Origin: the human T2T-CHM13v2.0 reference genome, Homo sapiens | Assembly (NCBI RefSeq): GCF_009914755.1 | Contig: NC_060925.1 | DNA length: 64,000 nt | Strand: one strand, 5' to 3' | Part shown: one piece after another, positions 50,810 through 64,000 of the stretch | Layout of the letters: each line of letters begins with the position of its first letter | How positions within the stretch are numbered: the stretch's first letter is position 1 | Notes under the pieces: generated by a model | What the model saw: the letters and a program-made list of their open reading frames with translations, nothing else | Told to the model about the DNA's origin: nothing | The model's database searches: none | Position numbers and translations under genes: made by a program

Positions 50810-53016
50810 ACAAAGCTAAACCTACACTTGCCATACAGCTCAGCAGTCCCATTCCTAGGTAATTAAAGTGAAAAAATGAAAAAGTATATTCACACAAAAT
50901 CCTGTACATAAATGGTATAACTTCTTTTTTCATAATTACCAAACACTGGAAACAATGCGGCGTGGATAAACAAATTGCAGTTTATCCATACGATGGGATA
51001 CTACTTAGCAATTAAAAACAACAACAAACAACATGGATGAATCTCAAAGGCATCGTGCTGAGTGAAAAGACCATCTCAAAAGATACCGTGCATGATTCCA
51101 TTTATATGACCTTCCGGAAAAGGTAAAACACTAGTGAGAGAGAACTAGTGATCACCGGGGGGTAGAGGTGGGGGAGTGTGAAGCACTCAAAGCAAAGGGG
51201 CACAGGGAGTTTTGGGGGTGACAGGCTCCTCTGTGTCCTGAAGGTGATGGTAGTGTCACTAATCTATACATGTTTACCCAGGGAAAGGAAGTCGACTTGA
51301 CTGCATGTAAGCTCATATAATAATTATAATTGAGAACAGCAATAATAACAATGGTGAATGGCTGTATTCCTACTCGCGAGTCTTTGCTCACACTGTCCCA
51401 ACCTGAAAGGATCTCCTTCACTCCTGTCAGCCTATCTGTAGCAATCTCAACTAATTACTGGAATCCTGCCTCTCGAAATTCCTCTCCTTTTGAATCTCAC
51501 TGTCCCAGGTGGCCCGTGACCCGAGGCGTGCTGCAAAGGCTTTGTGAAATAAGCCCCTCTGGAGTCAACCTCCTTGATGCGCTGGGGATGCCATCCTTGC
51601 CTCTGCAGAAACACTTCTCACTGCCCTCAGGTGCTCTCCAAGGGCTGCAGCTACCTCGGGTTCTGTTTCCACCAAGATTCTTGGCTGTATGGAGGAAAAC
51701 CTCCCCCACCTTGCACTAGCTTTAGTAGAAGGCATTTATTGATTGTAGGACTTCACAAAGATCTCACAGAACCTGTGAGAGAAAAACTGAGGAGAGTCAG
51801 GACTCAGGAATGGAGACCTGACCTCTAGCTCCCAGGCCTGCCCAGCCTCTCCTTTTCCCCATGGGTCTGCTCCAAGCCCTGGCTCTCCCTCACACCTGCT
51901 TTCTCCTGCTTGCACATCAGCTTGTACAAGGCCCCCAAGTCTTCCAGCTCCACATCACCTCCGTGCTACACACTAGCAGCAGTCTCTTTAAGTTTTCGAT
52001 ACCAAATCTTGGAGAGAAATATCAATTGGCTCAGCCCAACTTTTTAAATCTGCTACACAATTCTGGGCTTCGACTGGGCATTCACCTCTGGCCCAATTAG
52101 CAATTGGATAAAGAACGGGATCAAATGGCCTATGAGCTGCTCCATCGAGGGGCTGTGGCAAGAGCAGGCAATACAATAATTGCCTCTGGAATTAACTCAC
52201 AGAAATGGCAGGCTACAAACACACAGCTCTCCCTGGGATGCAAAGTCAAGACTACACGTCCAGCTGCAGGAGCAACTGCAGTTTGGGGGCAGCCAGTGAA
52301 GCCTCAGCTTCAGACCCATTCAGGTGGGCCAGAGCAAGAGAAGGCCCTGGGTGGGTGAGGTCAGGAGGCCTCCTAGAGCCAGACGCTTGCAGGAGTCGAC
52401 CCAAACTCAGAGTTCACCTTGAGCAAGAGACGGCCACAGCAACACAGAAAAGCTTTGTCGAAGGATGTCAGGGCAGGCTAGGGGCGGGTGCAGGGGCGTG
52501 TCTGTGAAGGGCACTCAAGGAGGCAAGGAAAGGAACCCACGTCCGAGGGCCACACCTCCTTGCTTTCTAAGTAGCATCAGCCTCCTCCTGCTCCCCACCA
52601 CCTGGGGACCCTCCCTCCTCACCCAGGGCTTGATTGAGAGGCGGCTGCCTTGTCCCCTCTGCTCTAGGCCTTTCTGAGATTTCATCAGTTCCGCCTGTTC
52701 ACAGACAAAACAATTCTCCACACTCAGTTTGTGACAGTAAAGCGCTTTTCTCCTTTCTCAGGAAAGAAAATACGTGGTCACACCCTCTTCCTACCTTTGA
52801 ATATTTATTTTTTCTGTAAAACTGAAATCCCTCGCTTATCCTACCACCCCAAGAGCAGATCTAGCCTGACCTGCCCTCGTGCTGCCTTCAGGTCACTCAG
52901 TGGTGACGTGTACCATCCGAAACTGCATTTGCACATTTTCTCTCCAGCTCATGAGCTCTTTAAAGAGAATGTCTTTTCCATCTGTTTCCCTATCACCTTG
53001 CACAGTTCTGAGGAAG

Positions 53017-53470
53017 TGTCTATATTTGAGTTCTTCCAGCAGCCGCTCTGAGTGAGAGCAAGTAGTTCAACTGGGAGAGGATCCCAGGAAACACCTGCAG
53101 GGGATCAGGAGTGTGGGAGGGGGAAGGAAAGGCAGCCAGGGGCTGATGCATTTAAAATCCAGCTATGACTTGTGAGCAAATGGAGCTTATGCCCACTGGG
53201 AAAGCCCTGGGAGTGCAGGATGCACACTGTAGAGTTGCCCTTCCACAGGGCGAGGGAGCTAGGGTGGTTACTCACCAACACCTGTCAGTCATCAGGGAGG
53301 GGTGCTTCTACGTGGCCTTAATACCCTAGGATTGCAGGCCCACCCCGCGGACAGGCGCAATGCGCTGCAGCAGTCAGAGATGGTCCTCAGCAGAGACATG
53401 CAGGCACTGGCCATTGGAACTTGGCAGAATTGGAAATGAAGTGATCAGGAGGCGGAGAGAGGGGTGAGGC
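53017..53470 (-). mobile_element. LTR16C/E-like solo LTR
   Basis: gggagaggatcccaggaaacac...gggaaggaaaggcagcca...agggcgagggagctagggtg.ttactcaccaac. Confidence 0.72.
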
Positions 53471-54689
53471 GGTGCAGTTTAGTAAACACCTACTGAATTA
53501 TGCTCAATGAACTTCAGAGGTCTTTGGGAATTGACTGTTTTTCTTTTCTATCACTACAAAGGGATACACAAAAGAATGAATGTTATTCTATTTAATTATT
53601 CACAATTTTGCTGGAGAATCTTAGGCTGGTTACTTCAGTCTACTATTCCCTCCCAATTGCCTTTCCTTTAAAAAACAAAAAGACACAAATATATCCTCTA
53701 ATTGGACATCTGTCACAAATTGGACGGTTGATTCTGATTCTGTGGTTGAACAAGTGAGTGGTGTCTCCTTCTTTCCTTCCTCTCCCTCTATAAGCATCTC
53801 TCGCAGAGCTGTGAGGTCAATCAGATCAGAAAAATGTCCCCAAAGGGATAGCTCTTCATCAGTCAGGGGCACACCCATAGCAGGGGCTCCGAGTCAGCCC
53901 AGAGCAGGGCCCTGGCTCTACCTCCACTCAGTGTATGACAGTGGGCAGACGACATCACTTGTCTCTGCCTCACTTGCGTCATCTATAAAACGGGCATCTA
54001 CCTCACTTAGTTTTGTGGAGATGAAATTACATAAAGTATGGAAAGCATTCAGTACTACGCTCAATACTTGGAATCTCTCAATTTTCTTTTCTTCCCTAAA
54101 TTCAGGGTAACACTGTAAGGGAAGGTCAAATGAGGGAGAGCAACTGATTTCAAAGACTGGGATCTTGGGGGATCCCCATACACATAGGAGAGAACTGAAG
54201 CACAGAGAGGTCAAGAAAATCATCCCAGATCACACAGCTCAGCTGGGATTAGAACCTGGATTGTCTGGCTACAGAGTCTACATTCATAATCACTATGTTT
54301 TACCGATTTGTCTGGGGGGAGGGTGTGAGTTGAATACTAGAAGTGGGAAGGTGATGAAGTAGGTTCTTTGTAAGGAAAGAACTCAGAAATGCATTAACTA
54401 TGGTCCGAAGCAGAGCAGGCAGGGGTGGGAGTGGAATGGAGGCATGGACAGGAGGGATGTGGCAATGGAGGAGTGTGAGGACTAGGGAAGACTGAGTGAG
54501 GACGGCAGAAGGAAGAAAGGATCAGCGGGGATTTGTATTTGCCAAGCCTGTGGCTGGTTTTTGGCATGTGTAACTTAGGGCCAGAAAGCAAGGTTTGCAG
54601 AAAGATGATGACACAAATCTCGAAAATATCCATTGAGTCACCAAATACTTATGAAGCTCCAGCTACATATAAGCTCCACCACCTCCAAT

Positions 54690-54858
54690 TAGGCCTTAAG
54701 TATGGCTCAGAAATACCTAAGGAGCTTGCTGTTAAAATCCTAGCACTCAGACCTTACTATAGACAAGTCAGTATCTCTGGAGGTGAAGCTATGGGCATTG
54801 GTATTTTTTAAAAACATTCCAGGTGATTTTAATATGCATGCAGGGTTGAGACCCCCGG
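54690..54858. mobile_element. MER5A-family element
   Basis: ggagcttgctgttaaaat...ggcattggtattttttaaaaacattccaggtgattttaatatgca..cagggttgagac. Confidence 0.75.
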
Positions 54859-56036
54859 AATTCATTATCTCATTTAATTCTTACAGCATCCCTGTAAGGT
54901 TCTATTATTATTATCTCAGAAAGACTAAGAAACCGCTCAGAAGGAGCAGAGCCAGGGTTTAAACTTTAGTCTATGTGCCCGCAAAATCCATCCTTTCTGC
55001 CAGTATGCAAGCTTATAACTTAAAGGAGTCTTAAAGTTTGCCCTGTTCCATCTCCTCTCATTTTGCACAGTAGAAAATCGAGGTCTCAGGATTGGAAGTG
55101 AACTGTCAGAGGTCACTCATACCAGTCATGTCAGAGTCCAGACTCCAACCTGCCTCTCCTGGCCCTCAGCCCAGAATTCATTCTTCCCAGCCAGGCTGCA
55201 TTCTGTTTTAGTCTAGAATATTGATCCAAGAAGTAGCGAGGAAAACCACCCGAGAGTCAGACAGTGCTCCCTCCCTCCCAAGGCTGGAAAGACAGGCACG
55301 GTATTTCGGGGAGGTAGTGAGAAAAAGAGTCCCAGCTGGCCACCTCCTCATGTCTACACAATAGCTCCAGCTCAGTGACAGCCAAACCCCTTATTAAGCG
55401 GCCTGTGCCATCTCACCTCCTGCCCTTGCTGAACTTACACAGCTCATGTTGTACAGATTAGGGAAAAAAATCCCTTAACCCCGAGGCAGAGCAATAACAA
55501 CATGGAAGCCAACACGGAAGGCAGTTCGTTGTGTTGGCTTGAAAAATAACGAAGGTGACATTTAGGGCTGCTCTGGCCTCCCTGTCATGGAGTCTCATCA
55601 TTAATTAAACCGTCTCTGTTACAGACAAACTTCCTAGTCAGTCTTGGAGTGGGGGTGAGGGCTTCCTGTCCTCTGTGGCCCATTAAAGATGTAGGAGTCT
55701 TCTTTTATTTCCCTCTGTCCCCCCAGTCACCTGAAATCTAGTCTCTGTCCAATTCCTGGTGCTCACATGACATTTCTTCAGGAGAGCATAATTGGCTGTT
55801 GTTGACGGGGAAAGGTGGGGAGAAAAGGCAAGAATGGTCCGCTACACACCAACGCTCTGCCTGGCTGATAGATGCTATTTATTGAAAGCCCATGATGGAC
55901 CACTCACTCATTCATACATTAATTCATTCAACAATTAGTTACAAGTAACTCATTTATGTCAGGCACTGTACTAAGTGCTGAATATGCCATTTGATCCAAA
56001 CAGGCATGTCCCCTGTCTTCCCGGAGCACAGAGTCT

Positions 56037-56237
56037 AGTGCTGCCCAACACAGTGGTCACAAGATTCAGGTGGCTTCTTAAATTCAAATTGGTTTAAATT
56101 ACATATAATTAAAAATTCAGTTTCTCATTTATACTAGCCACATTTCAAATGCTCAATAGCCACATGTGGCTAGTGGCTGCCATATCAGACCGACAGAACA
56201 GTCCCATTGTCACAGAAAGTTCTACCAGACAGCACTG
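56037..56237. mobile_element. MER3/MER33 (hAT-Charlie)
   Basis: actagccacatttcaaatgctcaatagccacatgtggctagtggct...cagaaagttcta..gacagcactg. Confidence 0.85.
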
Positions 56238-56468
56238 GTCTAGTGAGACAGGCAGACACTTTCTATATATTCTTGCCTCTACCCCTCAAAGATCCTTTGG
56301 AGATAGGTGTTGTTTCCCCATTTTAGAGAGGTGGAAACAGTGATCAGCTGGTCAATTTGGAGCCAGGATTTGAATCCAGGTTTGTTCTACTCCAAAATCT
56401 GTAAGTAACTAAAAGGTACCAGTATCAAAGCTACAGGTAGCAAAGTGGTTAAAAGAATATGTTTTGCA

Positions 56469-56790
56469 GGCTGGGTACAGTGGCTCATGCCTGTAATCCC
56501 AGCATTTTGGGAGGCCAAGGCGGGTGGATCACTTGTGCTTAGGAGTTCGAGACCAGCCTGGCCAACATGGCAAGACCCCTTCTGTACTAAAACTACAAAA
56601 ATTAGCTGGGCATGGTGGTGCATGCCTGTTATCCCAGCTACTTGAGAGGCTAAGTCAGGAGAATCGCTTGAACCCAGGAGGTGGAGGTTGCAGTGAACTG
56701 AGATTGAGCTGAGATTGTGCCACTGTACTCCAGCCTGGGTGACAGACAAAGATTCTGTCTCAAACAAACAAACAAACAAACAAACAAAAA
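56469..56790 (+). mobile_element. AluS-type SINE inserted in a MIR
   Basis: Full dimer with (CAAA)n tail; tttgcag on both flanks. Confidence 0.93.
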
Positions 56791-57143
56791 AAACGGTTTG
56801 CAGTCTACTTACCAAAGTCTAAATATTAATGTGGCTCAGGTTTTTTTAACCTCTCTGAGCCTCAGTTTCCTCATTATATAAGGATATTCATATGGTCACT
56901 TGATATTAAGGTAGAGATGAGTGGTGAGATAATATATGTGTGCATGATGCCTGGAATGGAGAAAGTCCTTAATGCATGGTAGCTGTTGTTTTGGATAAGA
57001 AAGCTGAGTGTAAGATAGGAGAATGAACAATAGCAGCTTAGGACCAGAACAGGATTAGCCCAGAAATCATTTCTTTGGAAAAGTTAAGAAGACAAAAATT
57101 AAAACCGCCAAAGAACACAGAGAGTGGGCTCAGGATTTTGAGC

Positions 57144-58050
57144 ATTGCGTTATCTACTGCAATGTTACAAAATCACCAAAACCTAGGTTCTTAAAACAAT
57201 AAACATGAATTATCTCACTGTTTCCGAGGTTCAGAAATTGGGGAACAGCTTAGCTGGGTAGCCCTGGCTCAGGATCTCTTGCAAGGTTGCAAAATAACTG
57301 TTGGCTTGGGCTGTGTAATCTGAAAGCTTGACTGGGGCAGGATAATCAACTTGCAAGAGAATTTAGTGATCAGGCTGTTGGCAGGAGGCCTTGGTTTCTC
57401 TTGGGCTGTTGGTAATCATCCTGGATCTTTACCACATGGGCGTCTACACAAGGCTCTCCAAGTACTCTTAAGAATGGCAACTGGCCTTTCCAAGGGCAAG
57501 AGGCCCAAAGGAGAAAGAAAGAAAAAGAGAAGGAACAAAAATAAGAGTGCAGAGAGAGAAGGAGCATCCAGTCTTTTTATAATGTAATTTCACAAATAAC
57601 ATACTATCATTAATACTTTATTCTATTTATTAGAAACAAGTCACAGGGCCGGGTATGGTGGCTCACACCTATAATCCCAGCACTTTGGGAAGCCAAGGTG
57701 GATGGATCACTTGAGGCCAAGGGTTCAAAACCAGCCTGGCCAACATGGCAAAACCCCATCTCTACTAAAAATACAAAAATTAGCCTGGCTTGATGGTGCA
57801 TGCCTGTAATCCCAGCTACTCAGGAGACTGCGGCATGAGGATCACTTGAATGCAGGATCCAGAGGTAGCAGTGAGCTGAGATCATGCCACTGCACTCCAG
57901 CTGGGTGGCAGAGTGTGACTCTGTCTCAAAAAAAGAAAAAGGAGAAAATCACAAAGTCCAGTCCAACCTGGACTAAGAGAGGATTTATACTCCACATCTT
58001 GAAAGGAAGAGTACTGAAGAATTTGTGGACATATGTTGAAACCACCATAA
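57144..58050 (-). mobile_element. MLT1G/H-type MaLR LTR interrupted by an Alu
   Basis: cttaaaacaataaaca..attatctcac...cagcttagctgggt...ggctcaggatctc...caaggttgca. Confidence 0.75.
57647..57941 (+). mobile_element. Old Alu (AluJ/Sz-type)
   Basis: Full dimer ggccgggtatggtggctcacacc...gactctgtctcaaaaaaag. Confidence 0.92.
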
Positions 58051-59004
58051 ACATGAACTGGGCTAAGTGCCCAGAGCTCCCTTTGAGCAGAGAGCATGGA
58101 TGACTCCACAAGAGTTGAAGCACAAAGTCTAGGCATATATATATACCACTTTACTATCCAGGAGCTCTGGGTCAGACCCAGAGGGTATTAAGATGCCTGA
58201 TCCTATCAGATGAGGAAAATGGCACCAGTAGGACATATCTGTGGTAGAGATGCACATACGTGGGACTGGGCAGGGAAGGAGGGTGCATTATCTGTATTTC
58301 AATAGGATATGACACTCAGTACCCATACAACCTTTCTTCTAATTGGGGTGTTGTGTTTGGAGAGGTGGGGACCAGAAACACTTCTACGGAGAAACATTTC
58401 CAAAATTGCATTGTTTTTTATTTCTGGCCAGAACATCTGTCCTGAATTCCTGTCTCCCTTCCTTCACTTGGCATCAGGTTGAATAGTGAGAAGGAGAAGG
58501 AAGAAATGAATAGTTACTGAACACTTACTATGTCATTTTATTTATTTCTCATAACTGTCTTATCAGATAGGTGTCACAGGCAGACTATTGGAAAGAGGGT
58601 CCCTTCCCACGCATGTGTGTAGCTGTCCGTAGTCCTGAATCTCATTGCTCTCTGACTGGGCTCCACCCAGACAGTGTGTATAATGATTCATGGGAGCTAA
58701 GGGGAAAAAACATATTGGCCTTTCAATTTAGATATTTAAATTTAAAATCTATGAAGGTTTACTAAGATGCAATTTACAGATGAAAATGAATGCTCAGTAT
58801 TTGTCACCTACTGTTTGTCAGAGATCCTGGAGAAAGTGTAAGTGCCCCATGGTGCAGAGGAGCCACCCATGACACTCTCACTCCATGTTTGGCTTTCAAC
58901 ATTTTATGGTTGATTAGGGATGACTTGTGCCCAGTCAAGTAGAGTTACAGATTATATTATTTAAAATACTAGAGCTGAGAAAAGATTATGAAAACCTTCT
59001 GTAC

Positions 59005-59299
59005 CAGATAGAGTTTCACTGGTTATCCCAGTGGGCTGGGTACTTAAAAGAGTCATCAGTGTAAGCAAGCATTTTTCTTCCATTAGTAAATTATTTTAAA
59101 TTACTATTTATTTTTATCTCATGCTTTTAAAAACCTCCATCTTAAAAATGTCCACTTATGTATGTTTTAGAAATAAAATATTAGTACAGAAGTTAACTGT
59201 GTACTGTGTTAATATAGAAATATATATACATTGGTACTAGAAGCTCAAAATTTTTATTGCCAGTAGAGGAATATGATCAAAAAAGAGTGAAGACTACTG
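59005..59299. mobile_element. Charlie4/MER80-like hAT fragment
   Basis: End gctcaaaatttttattg...tgatcaaaaaagagtgaagactactg. Confidence 0.5.
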
Positions 59300-60066
59300 T
59301 CTTAGAGTCTAGTTCTTTCTTTTAATGTGATTGAAACTTGCTCTCATTCTTTTGGAGCAATTAAAAGTAAGGAAAAGGCAGGGGTAGCTAGAAGGGAAAA
59401 AGCAAAGATGGAGACACAGAAGAGATGAAGGCTTTGGCGGGCCAGTGCTACTCAGGGATGGCCCAAGAGAAAGCAAGAGAAAAATCTGTCCAAAGCTGTT
59501 TTCACATAATCACATTAACCAAGGACAAAACCACAGTCAACCCCAGCTAACCTACTAAGCAGCTAAAAAAGGGTCAGAAAGGTACATACACATCAAAGGA
59601 TATGGAGCCAGCAAGTGTGGAGATGAACAATGGTGGTTCTACGAGCACCCCAAAGACTACCGATGAAGGCACTGAACTCTCTCTGAGGCTGAATTATTCC
59701 CAATGGCTCCTGATTTTTTCTGTTTTTATTTTCTATCCTGATGAGAAATGCGCTGATTTTCACCCTGTCTCAGAACAAATAGAACTTTGAGATGTAGTTC
59801 ACAATTTATGTAACTGATTTCATATACTTCTGCCAGCTATATCATGTTTCTGACAATTACAAATATTTCTCTCCTCACACCAAGGAATTGTGGGGCATCC
59901 ACAATCATGCTGCTCTCCCTTGTATGCTACAGTCTGGGTGCTATTCCATCTGACACTGCAGGCAAACAAACTGAGGCTGACAGGGGTGATGTTACTTACC
60001 CAAGGACTCAGGGGGGTAATTGGCAGAGACAAGATTGAGATCCACGTCGATCTGAGAAGGTTTCTT

Positions 60067-60338
<272 letters not shown>

Positions 60339-60689
60339 AGAAGGTTTCTTAACTAAATTCTTTTCTGTATTCTAGGTGTTAGTCTGGATACCCTCAATCC
60401 CAAGGCATCTCAACCAGTAGCAATTTTTAGCGGTTCAGGGTATCCCCAAGCTGTTCTCAAAACTTCAAGTCTCATTAAAATGGCACAATACAGGTGATTT
60501 TTTAATGAGTACAGTGTTTTTATTGGATGAAATCTTTCAAGGGTGGAGTTAATGATGTAAGAAAATCAGATATGTGGTCATCGGTGGTCAGAATATGGGG
60601 AGCCATTGCTTTAGATTTTCACCCAGAAGACAAATATCCCGCATTAAATCCCTTTAACTTCAATAGCATACAACTTAGCCAGACTTCTT

Positions 60690-60990
60690 ATTAAGCAGGT
60701 AACCTCAGGCTGTTCATTTGACCTTATGTGCTTCAGTTTCCTCCTCTGTAAAATAGGGATGAAGACAGACATACCTCTGAGTGTTATTGTACGGATTGAA
60801 AGAACTGAAACATGTACAGAACTTAAAACAGTGCCTGACACATAGTAGGAATTCAGGGACAACTGTCGTTCTTATTGTTATAACCTCAGCTTCCTTGTCT
60901 GTAAAATGGGGGTAGTTTATGTACTATTTATCTCATAGGATGATTGTAAGACTCAAATGAAATGGTGAAAAAGTGCTTCATAAGCAATGT
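60690..60990 (+). mobile_element. Two tandem MIR fragments
   Basis: cttcagtttcctcctctgtaaaataggg...aacagtgcctgacacatagtagg; cctcagcttccttgtctgtaaaatgggg. Confidence 0.75.
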
Positions 60991-63664
60991 CATACTCTGA
61001 AGATGAGAAAGTATGCTGCAATTTTCACTCCTATGTCTCACATACGAAACAAGTCTAAGAACAGTGTATTCCAGCCAAGAAATTAAAAGCTTTGTTCCTT
61101 TGGAGTCAAGAGTGTGTCCCTGCACAGATCAATGTTGCTGAAGTGAAAAGAGAGAGATTTAATTACGTTGAGCCTTAGTGCCTTCCCCACTGAGAGCAGA
61201 GAGCTCCTGGTGAGAGGAGTAGCTGAGTGTGGAGGTGACAGGTCGTCGTATGAGTGCCTGGGGACTCCTAGACATAAGCTCTGTCACCTTCCTAGGGCCA
61301 GACAACTTGACAAGGGAAGAGCTGGCTCCAAGGAGAAGGTGTGAACCTGTGTCTTTGAAAGGCCATGATCTGTGATGAAATCTGTTTTGTGTGTGGCACC
61401 CTGGGGAGAAGGAGGCTAAGGCTGCCTTCCTGGCCCTTGCATGGCTGTGTGTAAATCTTCATGTTCAAGGCATATGGTGTTTGCATACACTGGTATCCAC
61501 ATCCTAAGGGGTATGAGCACCCACATACTGAGTCTCATATGCATAAGGTCATATGCATGCTTGAGAGTCTGTGTGTACATGTATCTACGGCCTGGGCACA
61601 TCCTGCATGCATAAATGGGTTTGCATGTGGATGCTGCTTCTGCCTCCATGGGCAAAAATGTGCCTCAATGTCTCTGCACTTGGCCTGGTGGACATTTACA
61701 GATGTGGATGGCCATGTGGACCCACCTGTGTGAGTCCATGGCATCACAGATATATGAATTCTGTACATGTCCTTGTCATGTGTTTCAGTAGAGTTTGAGA
61801 ATCTGAGACAGACTGTGGGGTTGTCCACTGGGACCATCTGTGGAGCTGGGTCTCCAAGATTGTGGGTGAATGCCCCAAAGCTAGGAAGAGATAGGAAGGT
61901 TTGCATGAGAGAAGGTGAGCTCACAGCTCCAAGCAAATGGATCTTGCATCCAGCCAGAGAGGTCAAGGAAGACCAGATACTGAACGACAGGAGGTGCAGA
62001 GCCTGGGCTGTAAGGAGGACAGTTGAAGAGCAGGGAACGGCACACTGCAGAAATGTGGAAGCAAAGTGCTCTGGCCACCAATCCACAACTGCCAAGCAGG
62101 CACAGGCAGAATAGCATTTTTGTTGTTTAATTAGAGATGTTCCGTTAAAGGTATCATACCAGCTATACCATGTGTATGCATGGAAGACATCAATGTGTGT
62201 ATTGTCATGCATACACTGAGGTCTGTATTTGTACAGGTCCTTCCCAGGGCTTGACATATGCCCAGGGCATGTCAAGGATTTCCACTGTTACTCAGACAGC
62301 ATTTAGACAGCACTAACTGTGTGCATGATATGTTTGGGAGAGGATGGAATGAAGTGGGATCGTGTCCCCTGTCCTTGAGGTTTTTATATTCTAAATGGGG
62401 CCAGAAACAGAGAAATATGCAAGCAGAGAAAAATTATAAAGCAGCATAAATAAGATGGGTAGGAATTCTACTGCCTAGACTTGTGTTTAAGCCTGAACTT
62501 GGCCTTGTACTAGCTGTGTGGCCTTGTGAATGTTATTTAACTTCTCTGAGTTCCTTTTCCCTCATCTATCGGATATAGCATCAATATAACACAAAGATAT
62601 AGCACTAGGTTGCTGTGAGAATTAAAGGAAGTAATATATCAAAGGCACCTAATAAAATATAAAGTACAAAGCAAATACGATGGATGTGGGCTTGCTCAGG
62701 CAGGCTTCTTGGAGGAGGAGACGAGAACTGAACAGGGTGATGGGCAAGGCTAACCCTAGCCCAGGAGAGGATGCGACCATTCTAAACTCCATATCAGGCA
62801 GCCCTTGCCCTCACACCTCAGCAGTATCCAAACACCAGGCTTCCTCTAATCACTGAATATCGGGGCAGGAGAGGACCTTAGAAACATGAACCTAACCCAT
62901 CATGTTGCTAAGGCAGAAACAGACTCAGAAGAGCTCATCAAAGCCTTTCCAGAAGTTTGCAGGAGTAGCTGACACAGTGTGAGGCACTGTGCTGGTGCTT
63001 CTGCACACATTCTCAGCCTGGGTTATTGGCTGAGTTGCTGTTAACCAATACAGTATCTTTATCAAATAAGAAAAGTACTCTCCTCTGGACAGGTGCAGTC
63101 CATCAGAGACTCGCATGACAAGCTGTAAGCAATGTTGTGTGAATGCAAACTAGAACACTGCCTCATTCAGGCAGGTACAGCCCCTGAGCACACCACTGGC
63201 CACCAAGCCACAAGGTGGACTGCAGTCCCCCTCTCCTCTCAGGCAAACGCCCTGCATGACCCTAGAGAGTGGCTGACCCTGGGTTTGAGCCTGGCTAGGG
63301 CAGGGGTCAGCCAACATGTAGGCACTGATGATGTGGCAGGAAACAGGACATCGTCCTCACCCCCGCAGGAATTCTCAGTTTATTGCAAGAAATGACAACA
63401 ACAACGACGACAAAATGTGCAACCAATCACTGTAAAAAGTTCTGTGGGAAAAGGAGGCTACAGGCTCAGAGGAGGACCCCAAACCAAGCCTCAGGGTCAG
63501 GAGCAGCTTCGTGGAAAGATGGTGAAGGATTTAGGACACAGTGAGGTGTAGGTATATTTGGCACACAGCAGCGGTGGGAGTGCACAGCTTTTACATTTTG
63601 ATGCAGCCCCATCAAACCAATGCATTGAAATGGCCCCTAAATCAAAAATGGATCCATTAAAATA

Positions 63665-63870
63665 ATAATAGATACCATTTATTGGGCACTTACCATGTGT
63701 TTTAATTCATGTACTTCTGTCACAACCTTAGGAGACAGGAACCGTCATTATCCACACTTACCCACGAGGAAACTGGGGGGTTCAGTGCCTTGCCTGCAGT
63801 ACCCATGGTCAATGGCAGAAATGGGGGCTGCTGTGAAGCTGTGTCCCTCACCACTACCCGATGCCACCTT
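63665..63870 (-). mobile_element. MIR SINE
   Basis: ccatttattgggcacttaccatgtg...cacaacctt...gaggaaactggg. Confidence 0.7.
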
Positions 63871-64000
63871 TTCTCAGGACTGCTTCCCTTGGCAGATCCC
63901 AGGGACAGGGGCTGAAGCAGAAGCCAGATGTGCAGGGTTACCAAATCTAGGGGAGTGTGGTGGCCATGGAGAATATTCCTCTCAGATACCCAGCTTCAGG

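Noticed and set aside
53336-53366. REST/RE1-like cggacag and NRF1-like gcgcaatgcgc
   Set aside because: RE1 left half is absent and the NRF1 spacing is off by one base
61535-62275. Longest ORF (246 aa, minus strand) and overlapping plus-strand ORFs
   Set aside because: Lies largely in degenerate TG/CA-rich sequence that is poor in stop codons; Cys/His/Met/Thr-rich translation with no recognisable domain

Overview
This is non-coding human genomic DNA (intergenic or deep intron), not prokaryotic. An AluYb8, a human-lineage subfamily, at about 60.1-60.3 kb supports the human assignment. The window is dominated by interspersed repeats: 12 Alu/FLAM/FRAM copies, many MIR and L2 relics, L3/CR1, old L1M pieces, MaLR/ERVL solo LTRs and hAT/Tigger fossils. 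Family names are from recalled consensus features and boundaries are approximate. I found no credible CDS, RNA gene, CRISPR array or CpG island, and the supplied ORFs look spurious. I see no evidence for a new gene system. The most unusual directly visible structure is a cluster of three short locally templated duplications between 13 and 24.6 kb (one inverted, two direct, donors 1.5-2.4 kb away). Other points of interest are a very young AluYb8 with perfect TSDs, several homeodomain-motif-rich unique blocks that look like enhancers, a few candidate small exons, and some hairpin/G4 motifs.
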